This document shows positions 22,729 through 33,542 of a stretch of 64,000 bases of DNA, piece by piece. A program made the translations under genes and the position numbers. The stretch is from Ranitomeya imitator (Eukaryota). The number at the start of each line of letters is the position of its first letter. Position 1 is the stretch's first letter. The stretch is from the NCBI RefSeq assembly GCF_032444005.1, contig NC_091291.1, positions 137,826,001-137,890,000 on the forward strand. Reading direction: 5' to 3'. Under the pieces are notes generated by a model, which saw only the letters and a program-made list of their open reading frames with translations, made no database searches and was not told where the DNA came from.

Positions 22729-25190
22729 TTATTGAAATGCGTAAAGCTCTATTTCCTGATTTAATCCTTTAGGTGCCAGGGTGTCTAGAGTGAAAATCCA
22801 TTTGGATTCCGCCCTGGACATTAGTTTAATGTAGTCGCACCCCCTCCAATTTGGAGGGACTAGTTGGATGCCATAAAAAATGATCTCTGAACAAGAGTTA
22901 TTGTGGTTTTCACAAAAATGTCGCGAAAGAGGATGACCTTTGAACCCTTTCCTGATATCTAAATGTTCCTTATTACGGACCCTCAGTCGTCTTTTAGTGC
23001 GACCCTCGTAGAACTTGTTGCATGGGCATATCAGGATGTAGATAACCCCCGAAGATTCACAGGTATTAGCTGACCTGATTTGGTATTGTTGAGTGCCCTC
23101 CGCATTTTTAAAGGAAGTCTGGGTTTTCCTGCCACATTTAGTGCGCTGGCAACACAGGCATTTACCGCATGATATACAGCCCGTAGTTTTAGGTAATGGT
23201 TGTTTGGTATTTTGGTTTTTATTTGTGGCTAATGGTTTTGTTGTTGGAGCAAGTATTAAACCCAAATTCTGAGCTTTAGTATATACAAATTTGGGTTGGT
23301 GTGGTAATGGGTTACCGATATACTTGTCACCCTGCAGGATTGGCAAATGTTTGTAAATTATATTTCTGAATTTTCTATCATTAGAATGAAACTGAGTTAT
23401 GATTGGTAGTCTGGATATTTGTTCTTGTAGGGTGGGGAAGTGGGGGTTTACTCCAGTTTTGTGTATCATGGATTCTCTGGTGATGTTGGGTAATCTCTAG
23501 TCTAGATTTCTTTAGAGCCGATGGATCAGACCCTTTTGCTGCGAATTCTTCCCTTAGTTGGTCAGTTTCCATTAGGTAGTCTTCATTATTTGTGCAATTG
23601 CGTCTAATACGCATGAATTGTCCCTTAGGGATCGACGTGAGCCAGTTAGGTAGGTGACAGCTGGTTATGTGTATGAAACTATTTGAATCAATATCTTTGC
23701 GGTAACATTTTGTAGTTAGTCTATCATTCTCTACGTAGATGGATAGGTCCAAGAAATTGACATTAGTTCTACTAGTGGTGGGTGTAGATTCCAACCCATA
23801 ATCATTATTATTTAAGTTGGAGATGAAAGATTTTAAGGTAGTCGAAGGGCCATTCCAAATGAAAAGAATGTCGTCTATAAAACGATGCCACAGGACTAAT
23901 CCTGCACGTAGTTTACCTCTTGGGCTTCTTTCACACTTCCGTCGGTACGGGGCCATCGCTAAGCATCGGCGCGAAGCACCGACGGACGTTGTGAAAATTC
24001 GGCACAATGTGGGCAGCGGATGCAGTTTTTCAACGCATCCGCTGCCCATTCTAAAGTCCTGGGGAGGAGGGGGCGGAGTTCTGGCTGCGCATGCGCGGTA
24101 GGAAATGCAGGACCCGACGTACGAAAAAACGTTCCCTTGAACGTTTTTTCGTGTCGACGGTCCACCAAAACACGACGCAACCAGTGCACGACGGACGCAA
24201 CGTATGGCCATACGTTGCAATCCAAGTCTAAGGGAAAAAAACGCATCCTGCGGGCACATTTGCAGGATGCGTTTTCTTCCCAAACCGATGCATTGCGACA
24301 GAGGCCAAACGACACAAGTGTGAAAGTAGCCTTACATAGATGTGGTCATGTTCCCACTTGCCTACATAAATGTTTGCATAGCTGGGCGTGAACCGCGTAC
24401 CCATCGCGGTCCCATGCATTTGGAGGTAATGTTGGTTGCCGTACTTGAAATAGCCGTGCTTTAATTTAAATTCAATACTTTTTATGATGAATTCAATTTG
24501 TGGTTCTTTATAGGGCTTCAATAAATGTAAGTAGAAATCCGCTGCTTGACACCCTTTACCATGGTCGATGACTGTATATAGCGATTTTATGTCAGGCGTA
24601 CCTATGATTAAATTTTGTTCCCATTTCATTTTATCCAAAATTTGTAAAGTGTGATTGGTGTCCTTGAGGTATGCTGTATTAGAGGCATGCATTATTGTAA
24701 ATGAGAATCCACGTACGTGTTTTTGTGTATCTTGGGAATATGGTAGAAAATTGCCATTCTTGGGGTTTTATTATTGATAAATTTAAATTCTTTCATAGTA
24801 AGGATGCCTGATGATTTGTCGGCATTGGCTAGTGTATTTATTTAGGCTAAGTAATGTGCAGTGGGGTCTGAATTGATTTTAGTGTATGTGATGGTGTCAT
24901 CCAGGAGTCTTAGTGACTCGTGATACATTACGCTGTCCATCACCACTATCCCGCCTCCTTTATCCGCGGGACGGATTATGATTTTGTTATTTTCTTGAAG
25001 ATCAATTATGGCCTTTTTCTCCTGGGGGTTTACATTACAAGGAGTGTATTTTGGAGTTCTATTGTGTGCGTTTTTTGATATCCTTTGTGACCATGCATTC
25101 AAATGCTTTAAAGGAGTTTGATTATTCTTGAATAGGGTTAAAGGTGGATGGTAACGATATATTGGTGTGGATATAGTGATATGTGGTTGT
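22729..25190 (-). pseudogene. Penelope-like RT plus GIY-YIG endonuclease ORF, disrupted
   Basis: Domain order is RT then GIY-YIG, spread across several frames and interrupted by a MITE at 23923-24331. Confidence 0.88.
23923..24331. mobile_element. PIF/Harbinger-type MITE inserted in the Penelope RT
   Basis: TIRs ggcttctttcacac / gtgtgaaagtagcc; flanks ttg / tta. Removing it plus one 3-bp copy restores the frame (HIYVRGKLRAGLVLWHRFIDD). Confidence 0.88.
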
Positions 25191-25713
25191 ACTGAGAGTA
25201 GAATACTGAGTCACCCTCTGCAGCACAGCGGTTATTCTTCCGGACGCAGGCGCACCGCTTGTCGTTCCCACACCCTGGATCAACACAGTGAGCACCGCCT
25301 GAAACCTGACTAACCACACGAGGTTACCGCCATCAAAGCCTGTTAGATCCTCCCACGGATATTAACCACCGAGTCCACCATATTTTATACAGACAATTCA
25401 CTACGAATACCTACTGTGCTGTTACTAGGGGCAACCTAACAGGATTCTATATCCACCTCTGAATAACAGTGCCACTCATCAGATCCGTCCTTTTGGCATA
25501 ACCGCAGTAAGTTTCTCTTCATTTACATATTTAATATCTTCACAATTTGGCTTTACACATGTATGGAGCAGCGCGGTAATATATTCTTGTTTTTTTAGGA
25601 TTATTATTATTATAAAGGTCATGAGGGGATTATTATTATAAGGGTCACGGGGATTATTATTATAAGGGGTCACAGGGGGATTATTATTATAAGGGGTCAC
25701 AGGGGGATTATTA

Positions 25714-26469
25714 GGGTATGTGCACACGTTGCGGATTCTCTGCGGATCCGCAGCGTTTTTTGCAGTGCAGAAACGCTGCAGATCCGCAAGTGATTTACAG
25801 TACAATGTAAATCAATGAGAAAAAAAATATGCTGTGCACACTTTGCGGAAAATCCGCTGCGGAAACGCTGTGGTTTAAGGCTATGTGCACACGTTGCGGA
25901 TTTTGCTGCGGATCCGCAGCAGTTTCCCATGAGTTTACAGTACAATGTAAACCTATAGGAAACCAAAAACGCTGTGCACATTCTGCGGAAAAAAAACGCG
26001 CGGAAAAGCAGCGTTTTATTTTCTGCAGCATGTCAATTCTTTGTGCGGAATCCGCAGCGTTTTTACACCTGCTCCAATAGAAAACTGCAGATGTAAAACC
26101 GCAGCGGAATCCGCAGTAGAAAATGCGATAAATCCGCAGGAAAAAACGCAGCGGTTTTGCACTGCGGATTTATCAAATCCACTGCGGAAAAATCTGCAGA
26201 GGAGCTTTCTACGTGTGCACATACCCTTAAAGAAGTAGCATGTCACTTCTTTTTTGTGAATCTGCAGCGTTTTTGTACCCATTCCATTATAGAAAACCGC
26301 AGGGGTAAAAAACGCAGCAAATCCGCAAGAAAACCGCAGCAAAAACGCACAAAAAACGCTGCGGAACCGCACAAAAAACGCGACAAATCCGCAGGTGCGT
26401 TTTCTGCCAGGAGAGGCAGAATCCGCACCAGAAATTCCTAAGTCAAATCCGCAACGTTTGCACATAGCC
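25714..26469. mobile_element. MITE (TIR GGGTATGTGCACAC...TGCACATAGCC) with TTA flanks, in the minisatellite
   Basis: tta|gggtatgtgcacac ... tttgcacatagcc|tta; interior is rich in ccgcag/tgcgg motifs. Confidence 0.8.
25879..26226. mobile_element. Related MITE nested inside the previous one, probably in opposite orientation
   Basis: ttaa|ggctatgtgcacac ... gtgtgcacataccc|ttaa. Its termini are swapped relative to the outer copy. Confidence 0.75.
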
Positions 26470-27102
26470 TTAATATTATAAGAGGTCACGGAAGGATTAT
26501 TATTATAAGGGGTCACAGGGGGATTATTATTATAAGGGGTCACAGGGGGAATTATTATTATAAGGGTCACGGGGATTATTATAAGAGGTCACAGGGGATT
26601 GTTATTTTAGGGGTTACAGGGGATTATTATTATTATTAGGAGGCACATGGACATCTATCTATAGGATGCTGTAAGGAGGCGCAGGGGGCTTTATTAATTT
26701 GAAAGAATACAGAGGGAACATTATAACTGTGTATGGGGGCCCTGCTATCGTGGAGGTACAAGGCGAGGGTTTTATCTGTGTGGGGCGCAGAGGGGCTTTT
26801 TTTACTATCTGGGGAACTGGTTATAGCACTTTATGACTTCTGCAGAGGTGGGGACTGTGAGGAGGGGGCTGGAAAGCAGGAAGCCAAAGATTTCTCTGCG
26901 ATTCATTTTGCAGAGACGAGATATGGATGGAAGAAGTGGTTGTGGTGGTCTGGGCTGAATGGAAGTAGATCTTGATGTCTTCAGAGCAGGGTAACATTAG
27001 TAATAGAGACCCAATCTGGGGCTCAGGGGAAGGGACTGAGAGGGTCTTTGTGCTTTCAAACACCAGTTCAGACGTAGTAAACAGCAGCAGGTTGTGCGGC
27101 CA

Positions 27103-27558
27103 CACATCACGTTCTCCGTCGTGCGGCCACAGATCACGTTCTCCGTCGTGCGGCCACAGATCACGTTCTCCGTCGTGCGGCCACAGATCACGTTCTCCGT
27201 CGTGCGGCCACAGATCACGTTCTCCGTCGTGCGGCCACAGATCACGTTCTCCGTCGTGCGGCCACAGATCACGTTCTCCGTCGTGCGGCCACAGATCACG
27301 TTCTCCGTCGTGCGGCCACAGATCACGTTCTCCGTCGTGCGGCCACAGATCACGTTCTCCGTCGTGCGGCCACAGATCACGTTCTCCGTCGTGCGGCCAC
27401 AGATCACGTTCTCCGTTGTGCGGCCACAGATCACGTTCTCTGTCGTGCGGCCACAGATCACGTTCTCCGTCGTGCGGCCACAGATCACGTTCTCTGTCGT
27501 GCGGCCACAGATCACGTTCTCTGTCGTGCGGCCACAGATCACGTTCTCCGTCGTGCGG
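27103..27558. repeat. 27-bp CpG-rich minisatellite, about 17 copies
   Basis: Unit tgcggccacagatcacgttctccgtcg, almost invariant. Confidence 0.95.
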
Positions 27559-27914
27559 CTGGAAATCCCAAATCTTGTCCATGATGACGAGCGCGAAAAA
27601 AATGAAAAGCAAATTAAATAGACTTTAAAAAAAGGAATAAATTAAAAAGAAGAATAAAAAAAAGTCACAAATGCAATAATGAATCTCGCTCAAAGCGTAT
27701 AAAGAAAAGTGTCGGAACTTCTCCTCGCCCATTTATATATGAGGAAGTGATCGCCCCCGGCAACAGATGACAGCGCTCCTGGATGGGCAGCCATTGGGGA
27801 TACAGGCCTGGGCCGCCTCTGATGGGAGTTTTCTTCTTCATTCACTTCCCCTTTAAGGACCTATGAAGGTTCTGGCCTCCACCTGACTGATGATGTAATC
27901 AGGCTTAACAGGAA

Positions 27915-29800
27915 GGAGTGTGAGCAGCTGGGGGTCTGCAAGGAGGTGAGAGACCCTGCAGGGGCTCAGGGGGGAGTGTGAGCAGAGCAGGGGGTCTGGG
28001 AGGAGGTGAGAGACCCTGCAGGGGCTCAGGGGGGAGTGTGAGCAGAGCAGGGGGTCTGGGAGGAGGTGAGAGACCCTGCAGTGGCTCAGGGGGGAGTGTG
28101 AGCAGAGCTGCGTGTCTGGGAGGAGGTGAGACCCTGCTGGGCTCGTGGGGGGGGGGTGGGGGGTAGTGTGAGCAGAGCTGGGGGTCTGGGAGGAGGTGAG
28201 AGACCCTGCAGGGGCTCAGGGGGGAGTGTGAGCAGAGCTGGGTGTCTGGGAGGAGGTGAGACCCTGCTGGGCTCGGGGGGGGGGGGGGTGGGGGGGAGTG
28301 TGAGCAGAGCTGGGTGTCTGGGAGGAGGTGAGACCCTGCTGGGCTCGGGGGGTGGGGGGTAGTGTGAGCAGAGCAGGGGGTCTGGGAGGAGGTGAGAGAC
28401 CCTGCAGGGGCTCAGGGGGGAGTGTGAGCAGAGCTGGGTGTCTGGGAGGAGGTGAGACCCTGCTGGGCTCGGGGGGTGGGGGGTAGTGTGAGCAGAGCTG
28501 GGGGTCTGGGAGGAGGTGAGACCCTGCTGGGCTCGGGGGGGGGAGTGTGAGCAGAGCTGGGTGTCTGGGAGGAGGTGAGACCCTGCTGGGCTCGGGGGGG
28601 GGGGGTGGGGGGTGGGGGGGAGTGTGAGCAGAGCTGGGTGTCTGGGAGGAGGTGAGACCCTGCTGGGCTCGGGGGGGGGGTGGGGGGTAGTGTGAGCAGA
28701 GCTGGGGGTCTGGGAGGAGGTGAGAGACCCTGCAGGGGCTCAGGGGGGAGTGTGAGCAGAGCAGGGTGTCTGGGAGGAGGTGAGACCCTGCAGTGGCTCA
28801 GGGGGGAGTGTGAGCAGAGCAGGGGGTCTGGGAGGAGGTGAGAGACCCTGCAGGGGCTCAGGGGGGAGTGTGAGCAGAGCAGGGGGTCTGGGAGGAGGTG
28901 AGACCCTGCTGGGCTCGGGGGGGGGGGGGGGGGGGTAGTGTGAGCAGAGCTGGGGGTCTGGGAGGAGGTGAGAGACCCTGCAGGGGCTCAGGGGGGAGTG
29001 TGAGCAGAGCTGGGGGTCTGGGAGGAGGTGAGACCCTGCTGGGCTCGGGGGGGGGGGGGTAGTGTGAGCAGAGCTGGGGGTCTGGGAGGAGGTGAGAGAC
29101 CCTGCTGGGCTCGGGGGGGGGGGGGGGTGTAGTGTGAGCAGAGCTGGGGGTCTGGGAGGAGGTGAGAGACCCTGCAGGGGCTCAGGGGGGAGTGTGAGCA
29201 GAGCTGGGTGTCTGGGAGGAGGTGAGACCCTGCTGGGCTCGGGGGGGGGGGGGGGAGTGTGAGCAGAGCTGGGTGTCTGGGAGGAGGTGAGACCCTGCTG
29301 GGCTCGGGGGGGGGGTGGGGGGTAGTGTGAGCAGAGCTGGGGGTCTGGGAGGAGGTGAGAGACCCTGCAGGGGCTCAGGGGGGAGTGTGAGCAGAGCAGG
29401 GTGTCTGGGAGGAGGTGAGACCCTGCAGTGGCTCAGGGGGGAGTGTGAGCAGAGCAGGGGGTCTGGGAGGAGGTGAGAGACCCTGCAGGGGCTCAGGGGG
29501 GAGTGTGAGCAGAGCAGGGGGTCTGGGAGGAGGTGAGACCCTGCTGGGCTCGGGGGGGGGGGGGGGGGGTAGTGTGAGCAGAGCTGGGGGTCTGGGAGGA
29601 GGTGAGAGACCCTGCAGGGGCTCAGGGGGGAGTGTGAGCAGAGCTGGGGGTCTGGGAGGAGGTGAGACCCTGCTGGGCTCGGGGGGGGGGGGGGGGTAGT
29701 GTGAGCAGAGCAGGGTGTCTGGGAGGAGGTGAGACCCTGCAGTGGCTCAGGGGGGAGTGTGAGCAGAGCAGGGGGTCTGGGAGAGGTGAGACCCTGCAGG
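27915..29800. repeat. ~60-bp G-rich minisatellite, about 30 copies, with variable G runs
   Basis: Unit gggggagtgtgagcagagc(a/t)gggggtctgggaggaggtgaga(ga)ccctgc... Confidence 0.92.
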
Positions 29801-30036
29801 GGCTGGGGGGGGGGGCCAACTTGTTGCAGGAATGTAGCAGAGCTGGACTTGTTCTTTAACCATTTCTGGGCTGTAGGACAGAAAAGTTGTGGACGACCTG
29901 TAAGAGCAGACAGTCGTGCAATAGGCCCACAAGGGGCTTATAAGGGGTGCAGGCGTTCCGCTCACTGTATCGCGGGCAGTGACGCCACCGTACATCAGAT
30001 ATCATATTTATCCATTTATCATTCCCAGGGTGGAGG

Positions 30037-30295
30037 ATGAGCAATATGGACGCCATCCCGGAAGGAGTCCTGCTAGAAATCCTGTCTGTCGTCCCTGCGC
30101 CCGATGTGATCCGTCGCTGCCGCCCGGTCTGCGCCCTCTGGAGAGACATCATAGACTCGCCCGCTCTATGGAAGAAGAAGTGTCAGCGGGACGGGTTTGT
30201 ATCAAGGCGCTGCAACCGTAACCCGCCGGACTGGAAGATGTTCTACTTTCTACATCTGTGGAAGAAGAACTTGCTAAAGAACCCGATGGCTGAAG
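30037..30295 (+). CDS. fbxo44/fbxo6: FBXO44/FBXO6-type protein, coding exon 1 (F-box)
   Basis: Acceptor cccag ends at 30028. Encodes MSNMDAIPEGVLLEILSVVPAPDVIRRCRPVCALWRDIIDSPALWKKKC...WKMFYFLHLWKKNLLKNPMAE; G|gtcaga donor. Confidence 0.92.
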
Positions 30296-30840
30296 GTCAG
30301 ATGGAAATATAGGGAGGGGGTTGGCTGCAGGTCAGATGGAAATATAGGGAGGGGGCTGGCTGCAGGTCAGATGGATATACAGGGTGAGGAGTGGGCTGTC
30401 TGCAGGTCAGATGGATATATGGAGTGGGGAGGGTGCTGTCTGCAGGTTAAATGGATATATAGCGTGGGGAGGGGGCTGGCTGCAGGTCAGATAGATATAT
30501 AGAGTGGGGAGGGGGCTGTCTGCAGGTTAAATGGATATATATTATGGGGAAGGGTCTGGCTGCTGGTCAGATGGATGTGCAGCGTGGGGAGGGGGCTGGC
30601 TGCAGGTCAGATGGATGTATAGCATGGGAAGGGGGCTGGCTGCCGGTCAGATGGATGTACAGTGTGGGGAGGGGGCTGGCTGCAGGTCAGATGGATGTAT
30701 AGCATGGGAAGGGGGCTGATTGCAGGTCAGATGGATGTACAGTGTGGGGAGGGGGCTGGCTGCAGGTCAGATGGATGTATAGCGTGAGGAGGGGGCTGGC
30801 TGCAGGTCAGAAGGATCTATAGCGTGGGAAGGGGGTTGGC
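30290..30840. repeat. ~40-bp G-rich minisatellite starting at the exon donor
   Basis: Unit tgcaggtcagatggatgtatagcatgggaagggggctggc; period of 40 at 30601, 30641, 30681 and onward. Confidence 0.88.
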
Positions 30841-31829
30841 TGTATTCAGCATCGGGACGTTTTATGCGCCACAAACCTCTTCTTGATACTTAAAGATGTC
30901 ACATCCCAGCACAGGCTACACCAGACAGGATCCAAATTCATTTTAGGGTCAGATTTAGTTTTGGGGTTCTGGGCTTGGGTCTAAATTTTTTTTTTTTTTA
31001 ACCTCTTTTTATTTTAAACTGGGCCATTCCAGTAGCAGAAGTGTTGTGTGCGGCACTGTATTGCGGGTTATTGGTTTCTGCATTATACGGTATGTGATGG
31101 AACAGCCATTTTTACTACTAACTTACCGAGCCCATTAGCCTTTAGCTGTTCCTGCGTGCATCGCTCGTATAACGTGGCCATATTGTGCTGAATGGGCTGT
31201 TCCCAATACTGTTAGTTATTCCCCTATCGGTAGGATGCTGTGGCCGGCAGCCCCATAAACTGAGGCTGAGCATTTATGGCAGTCAAACAATAGCAAATAC
31301 CGCCATACAGTGCCCCATTAGCCCAAATAATACTGCTATAGAGCATCCAGAAAATACCATGGTACCAGAGCCAAATATGAGCAAACTGACAGAACCGTGC
31401 CCAAATAATGCTGCTGTATGTTGTCTAATATTGCCATACAGTGCAAGTGGCATTTTTCCTAAAACCGCCGAGTTTCTGGGAAAGGCGGGCGACAGCCAAT
31501 ATGGCCGCCATTACAGGTTACTGCAGCTGCCACCGTTCTATGTATCCGATCCGTCCTCCTCCCCGGTTATCATATTATCCATACAGAGGTTGGGTAATTC
31601 CCGGGTGACCATCGTGTGGGAGCGGCGGCCACGCGGGATCTTCCTAGAAGCGGTCATTATTTCTAAGTATGAGGCCGTGGCGGATTTCTAAGCGGGTGAC
31701 GACCGGTTGGGGACTTGTTAGTTTCCGCTTCTTCCTCTCATACACTCAGTGAAACCAAAAAAATCACAAAAGGAAACGACCCGGAGCTTTCACTCTTATG
31801 GCTCCAGGACTGATGGAAGTGGATGATGC

Positions 31830-32400
31830 CGTCCTGACGCCCCCATCTTCCGCTCCGTCTTTGCCGCTCCGTCCTGACGCCGCTGTCTTTGCCGCTCCGT
31901 CCTGACGCCGCTGTCTTTGCCACTTCGTCCTGAAGCCGCCGTCTTCCGCTCCATCCTGATGCCCCCGTCTTCCACTCCGTCTTTGCCGCTCCGTCCTGAC
32001 GCCGCCGTCTTTCCCGCTCCGTCCTGACGACGCCGTCTTTCCCGCTCCGTCCTGACGCCGCCGTCTTTCCCGCTCCGTCCTGACGCCGCCGTCTTTCCCG
32101 CTCCGTCCTGACGCCGCCGTCTTTCCCGCTCCCTCCTGACGCCGCCGTCTTTCCCGCTCCCTCCTGACGCCGCCGTCTTTGCCGCTCCCTCCTGACGCCG
32201 CCGTCTTTGCCGCTCCCTCCTGACGCCGCCGTCTTTGCCGCTCCCTCCTGACGCCGCCGTCTTTGCCGCTCCCTCCTGACGCCGCCGTCTTTGCCGCTCC
32301 CTCCTGACGCCGCCGTCTTTGCCGCTCCCTCCTGACGCCGCCGTCTTTGCCGCTCCCTCCTGACGCCGCCGTCTTTGCCGCTCCCTCCTGACGCCACCGT
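31830..32400. repeat. 28-bp CpG-rich minisatellite ending about 25 nt before an acceptor
   Basis: Unit ccgccgtctttgccgctccctcctgacg. Confidence 0.93.
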
Positions 32401-32424
32401 CTTTTATATGTTGTTTCTTATCAG

Positions 32425-32551
32425 AAAACTTCAAGCACTGGAAAAAAGATAAAGATGGGGGAGACCGATGGAAGGTGGAGTTGCTGCCTGGGACCCACGG
32501 CCGGCCGCTGCCAGATGATAAAGTGACCAAGTATTTTGTCTCCTCTTACGG
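32425..32551 (+). CDS. fbxo44/fbxo6: FBXO44/FBXO6-type, coding exon 2
   Basis: tatcag|AA...GG|gtacgt, 127 nt. Encodes (E)NFKHWKKDKDGGDRWKVELLPGTHGRPLPDDKVTKYFVSSY(G). Confidence 0.92.
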
Positions 32552-32739
32552 GTACGTTCATAGCGCCACATCCTCCGGCGGCTCCACCAATCCCTGCAAA
32601 CTGCGCTCTTATCCTGCCGCCTCCAAGAACTTTAGGAGTTTTTTTGGGGGGTGATTGGCAGGATGAGTTGTAGTAGTTTTGTACGACTCCTTTCATTTTT
32701 AGGTATAATGTACTGAAAAAACGTAGAAAAAAGTCCTAA

Positions 32740-33178
32740 GGCCGGGGTCACACTAGCGTATGGCATGTGATGTGAGCGCATCGGGTGCGATATGCTAATG
32801 ACCCCCGGCTCCTGCTCTGCTGCGAGCGTGAATCGAGTGTCATGCGTCTGTGTGCCGAGCCTCTCGCAGGGAGCGGATCCGAGCACAGCGGCGGAGGAGG
32901 CGGAGAAACGAATTTCTCCATCTCCTCCATTGCCGGGGTCAGCGTATAACGCACAACACTCGGATGATATCGGAGTGATGTGCGCCGTCTCACTCGCACC
33001 CATAGGCTTATGTAGGTGCGAGTGAGCAGAGACTCGGCCGAGTGTCCGTGATGCTGCGATTTCACTCGCACACTGAAAACGGCTGAGGACAAAAATGGTG
33101 ATGGGAGCTGCCCCATAGAGGAATACTGGTCCGACGGCTATGCACTCGTCCGTATTACGCCGTAGTGTGACTCCGGCC
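32740..33178. mobile_element. PIF/Harbinger-type MITE
   Basis: taa|ggccggggtcacact ... agtgtgactccggcc|tta. Confidence 0.8.
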
Positions 33179-33542
33179 TTAGTGTGATTAAGATGGTTAC
33201 GAAAGACAGTTTTTTTATCTTTGCAATTCTGCCATTATTTTGGGGATTTTTGTTTTTCAACTGTTTATTGTGCAGGAAAGACCTGCCTTCTCCTGGTCAG
33301 TGCGATTACAGCAATTCCAAACATAAGATATCATTTTTAAATACAGTATAATATAATTTTACAGGTTAAGAAAAAAACAAACAGAACTTGACCTAAAAAT
33401 GTATTGCATTTTTTTTTTTTTTTTTGGGGGGGGGAGGGGGGGAGTTACTTTAAGGGTTAAAAAAGCTTATATTTTGATCTGCCTTTTACTTTTTAAAATT
33501 TCCTTTTTTTTAATATTGGTTTTAAACTCTATTTTTAATATA

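Larger units (their letters stand above)
21797..25590 (-). mobile_element. Decayed, 5'-truncated Penelope-like retroelement with an inverted terminal segment
   Basis: Frameshifted minus-strand fragments: IIIRPADKGGGIVVM, DIKSLYT, HGTAMGTRFTPSYANIY, WHRFIDD, VNFLDL, then GIY-YIG (GVIYILICPCNKFYEGRTKR...HPLSRHF...H). 21797-21835 is repeated in inverted orientation at 25210-25248. Confidence 0.88.

Noticed and set aside
25470-25490. Second CTGATGA on the minus strand as another hammerhead
   Set aside because: No stem II or GAAA core follows it.
26821-27628. RS-like (SCGHRSRSP)n and (DLWPHDGER)n ORFs
   Set aside because: They come from a 27-bp VNTR that is open in multiple frames on both strands; the SR-protein resemblance is coincidental.
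31185-31691. 168-aa ORF in an fbxo44/6 intron
   Set aside because: Non-ATG start, no recognisable domain, and probably dispersed-repeat sequence.
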